Source: a virus (Duplodnaviria > Caudoviricetes). Taken from it: 25,908 bases of DNA. The position numbers and the translations under genes are program-made. A model generated the notes under the pieces. The model was not told the DNA's origin, ran no database searches, and saw only the letters and a list, made by a program, of their open reading frames with translations. The DNA lies in the IMG/VR virus record IMGVR_UViG_3300032320_002409, positions 1-25,908 of that record; one strand, written 5' to 3'. Below, in pieces: positions 25,901 to 25,908 of the stretch (within the stretch, counting starts at the first letter, position 1; each line of letters starts with the position of its first letter).

Positions 25901-25908
25901 ATCTATCT
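19960..25908 (+). CDS. VrlC/DUF4815-type large virion structural protein, 3'-truncated (at least 1983 aa)
   Basis: MAQKTNLNISPYYDDF...LFNPGRPVQARELTTIQSLLQNQ, APGADRL, YLPRID, RYTMRDIG, RFKSGFFVDDF, DPLAQSF and LFKSQNGSIW. The frame reads open to the window end; no stop within the window probably explains its absence from the ORF track. Confidence 0.9.
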   Translation, partial: MAQKTNLNISPYYDDFSSDKNFYKILFNPGRPVQARELTTIQSLLQNQIESFGSHMFKEGSVVIPGNLVYDGQFYAVKLNQTNSGIDITLYLENIVGKKITGSVSGITATVQHVEFANGTSVLDPTIYVKYLDSDNNFVFTQFTDGEELSVNENISYSGTTINAGSAFASLISFNATAIGSAAFINAGIYFVRGYFVNVSKQILMLDYYTNNPNYRVGLTIDEVIITPKDDKSIYDNAKGFENFAAPGADRLQIKLTLDKKLLTDQNDNNFIELLRIDGGKVKKIENKSTNDKLRDYLAQRTYEESGDYAVEPFNPSIQNSLNNRLGDNGLFFSNETTPDGSKPSNDLMCVKVSPGKAYVRGYDIRKGSSTILDVEKPRDTQSISNVGISFEMGNLMRVNNVKGTPQTKGIVTLYDQFGTNGVGIGSARVYAFNLTDSAYTNSSTNFDLYLYDIQTNTRLVLNRSASSIEIPSSSYIKGKNSGATGYTVSAAADSDTIDVRQTSGNFMVGESIVVNGVDFPRTINSSSVFNTQSIKSFKQDVFGTVGIPTFTADAVLDRFRFFGGITNVSISTAQGGISTVTCPGKFFNVRTGTVVRYQKVGFATETYNRISSVSSDGSSFQLSAINPSVVGVFEGNLPTSSIQVDAFPSATIIRNPSNSYLYSILPHKNIASISLTGSSLKISSQLINQTITNNQIVLNASTIASTLGITSAFFDAFDQERYSVVYANGTVAPLSSDSVSVTNDTLTIRNLTNGSSTINVTLLKSGVKNKIKKYVRSEKLEITRSKNLQSGSGINTSISDGLTYSQYYGLRVQDEEICLLKPDIVKIMGVFESFDSSTPSLDRILFTSTANVTNNAIVGELILGSSSKTVARVIEKVSNPTNTLEITYLTNDRFVVGEEVLFEESNIKTQVELITPGKYKDITSSYTLDKGQKEEYYDYSKIVRNKDISEPNKKLLIIYDYYTVESNDNGDVFTVLSYDKDRYTTDIPSIVSGIRASDVLDFRPRVSTFNPNTTNASPFDFTSRNFGTDPKLIITPNESFSVSYDFYLPRIDRLYLDKNGNFVLEKGVSATNPKAPTKNDAMMEIATIQLPPYLFNPQDAVIQLRDNRRYTMRDIGYIDNRVQNLERVTSLSFLEVQTQTLQVQDSEGRNRFKSGFFVDDFRNNSLMNRGLSNVQVNPSASELIPLITRNSIKSRILPAIDVIDESLDYRENFELLDANVQKTGNCVTLKYDEIDWISQLYATGVENVNPFNVVVYTGIIDLNPAVDTWVRTVQLPDRNVNITNNSARTITRDLNGSLRQDINNPVVRETSSTSIDRVANPNRAGTSEVTGSSVTESSDTQSFNSSSSSTNVTFDTVTNTDISVRNVLVSASDESFMRSRNTEFSVSNLKPSTQYYQFLDSNSAVDFTPKLIEIATDNTLSTPGTTGIYRTGETVVGSVNGVNLISFRLATPDHKYGAFNSPTTKYNINPYIKTETLQTAYSNTTKVLNIDTNSLAEEAQGRYTGYLTKGMLLIGQTSGAISYVKDLRLITDNYGDLIGTFFLRDPLSTPVPTVRIATGTKTFKLTSSLTNEIGIPGSNAISFAEVAYSSDGTLNQWENEVTAITSNLTTQTVTNLNLSLTTNLTTITRNTNNTVAEFFDPLAQSFTVGGSVEAPGANDSIDDINGAFLTSVGLFFAKKDDGNAPVRVEIRTVELGTPTRIILGKSVILRPSDISISDDGETETKVTFPEPIYLAPGNEYSVVIISAHSDKYEMWIATMGEKSRKTQTLPTTEAVIYSKQFSMGSLFKSQNGSIWTANQYQDLKFKLYKAKFVPKTGTAFFTTPPLNQSNSYIARLNNNPIRTLPKTATLGISTSLSSVNPTFVNDILKVGRKISGTTPNTYAYIVGVGCSVTQAIITDGGTNYPASSTLINLETSNIVGRGSGLKLTVNTNSSGVISGIAGTTATGTGYKVGDVVGIVTTLGRNARVSISSISGVDTLYLS

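Noticed and set aside
1-25908. tRNA genes, CRISPR arrays, DGR repeats or transposases
   Set aside because: None seen. Intergenic gaps are short, no cloverleaf or regularly spaced DNA repeats were found by eye, and the repeats present are at protein level only.

Overview
This window is part of a T4-like cyanophage (cyanomyovirus-type) genome, and all credible genes are on the + strand. Bases 1-~760 are a GC-rich (about 55-65% in hand-counted lines) array of small ORFs with sigma70-type promoters, probably early genes. An abrupt switch to AT-rich DNA follows, carrying an AbrB-like ORF, a sigma70-driven unit (GT-A glycosyltransferase-like gene plus two small ORFs) ending at an intrinsic terminator, speD, and a small hypothetical gene behind a structured leader. 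The late baseplate module comes next: gp25, gp6, a 4353-aa gp7, gp8 and a VrlC/DUF4815-type structural protein that runs off the window, each unit preceded by a T4-type (T)ATAAATA late promoter motif. The most notable observations are (1) a phycobiliprotein beta-subunit-like domain inserted in gp7 with both bilin-attachment-equivalent cysteines, (2) a pseudoknotted, riboswitch-like RNA covering the RBS of the gene after speD, and (3) a dockerin/EF-hand-like insert in gp7. All assignments come from reading the sequence and from recalled family motifs; no database searches were run.
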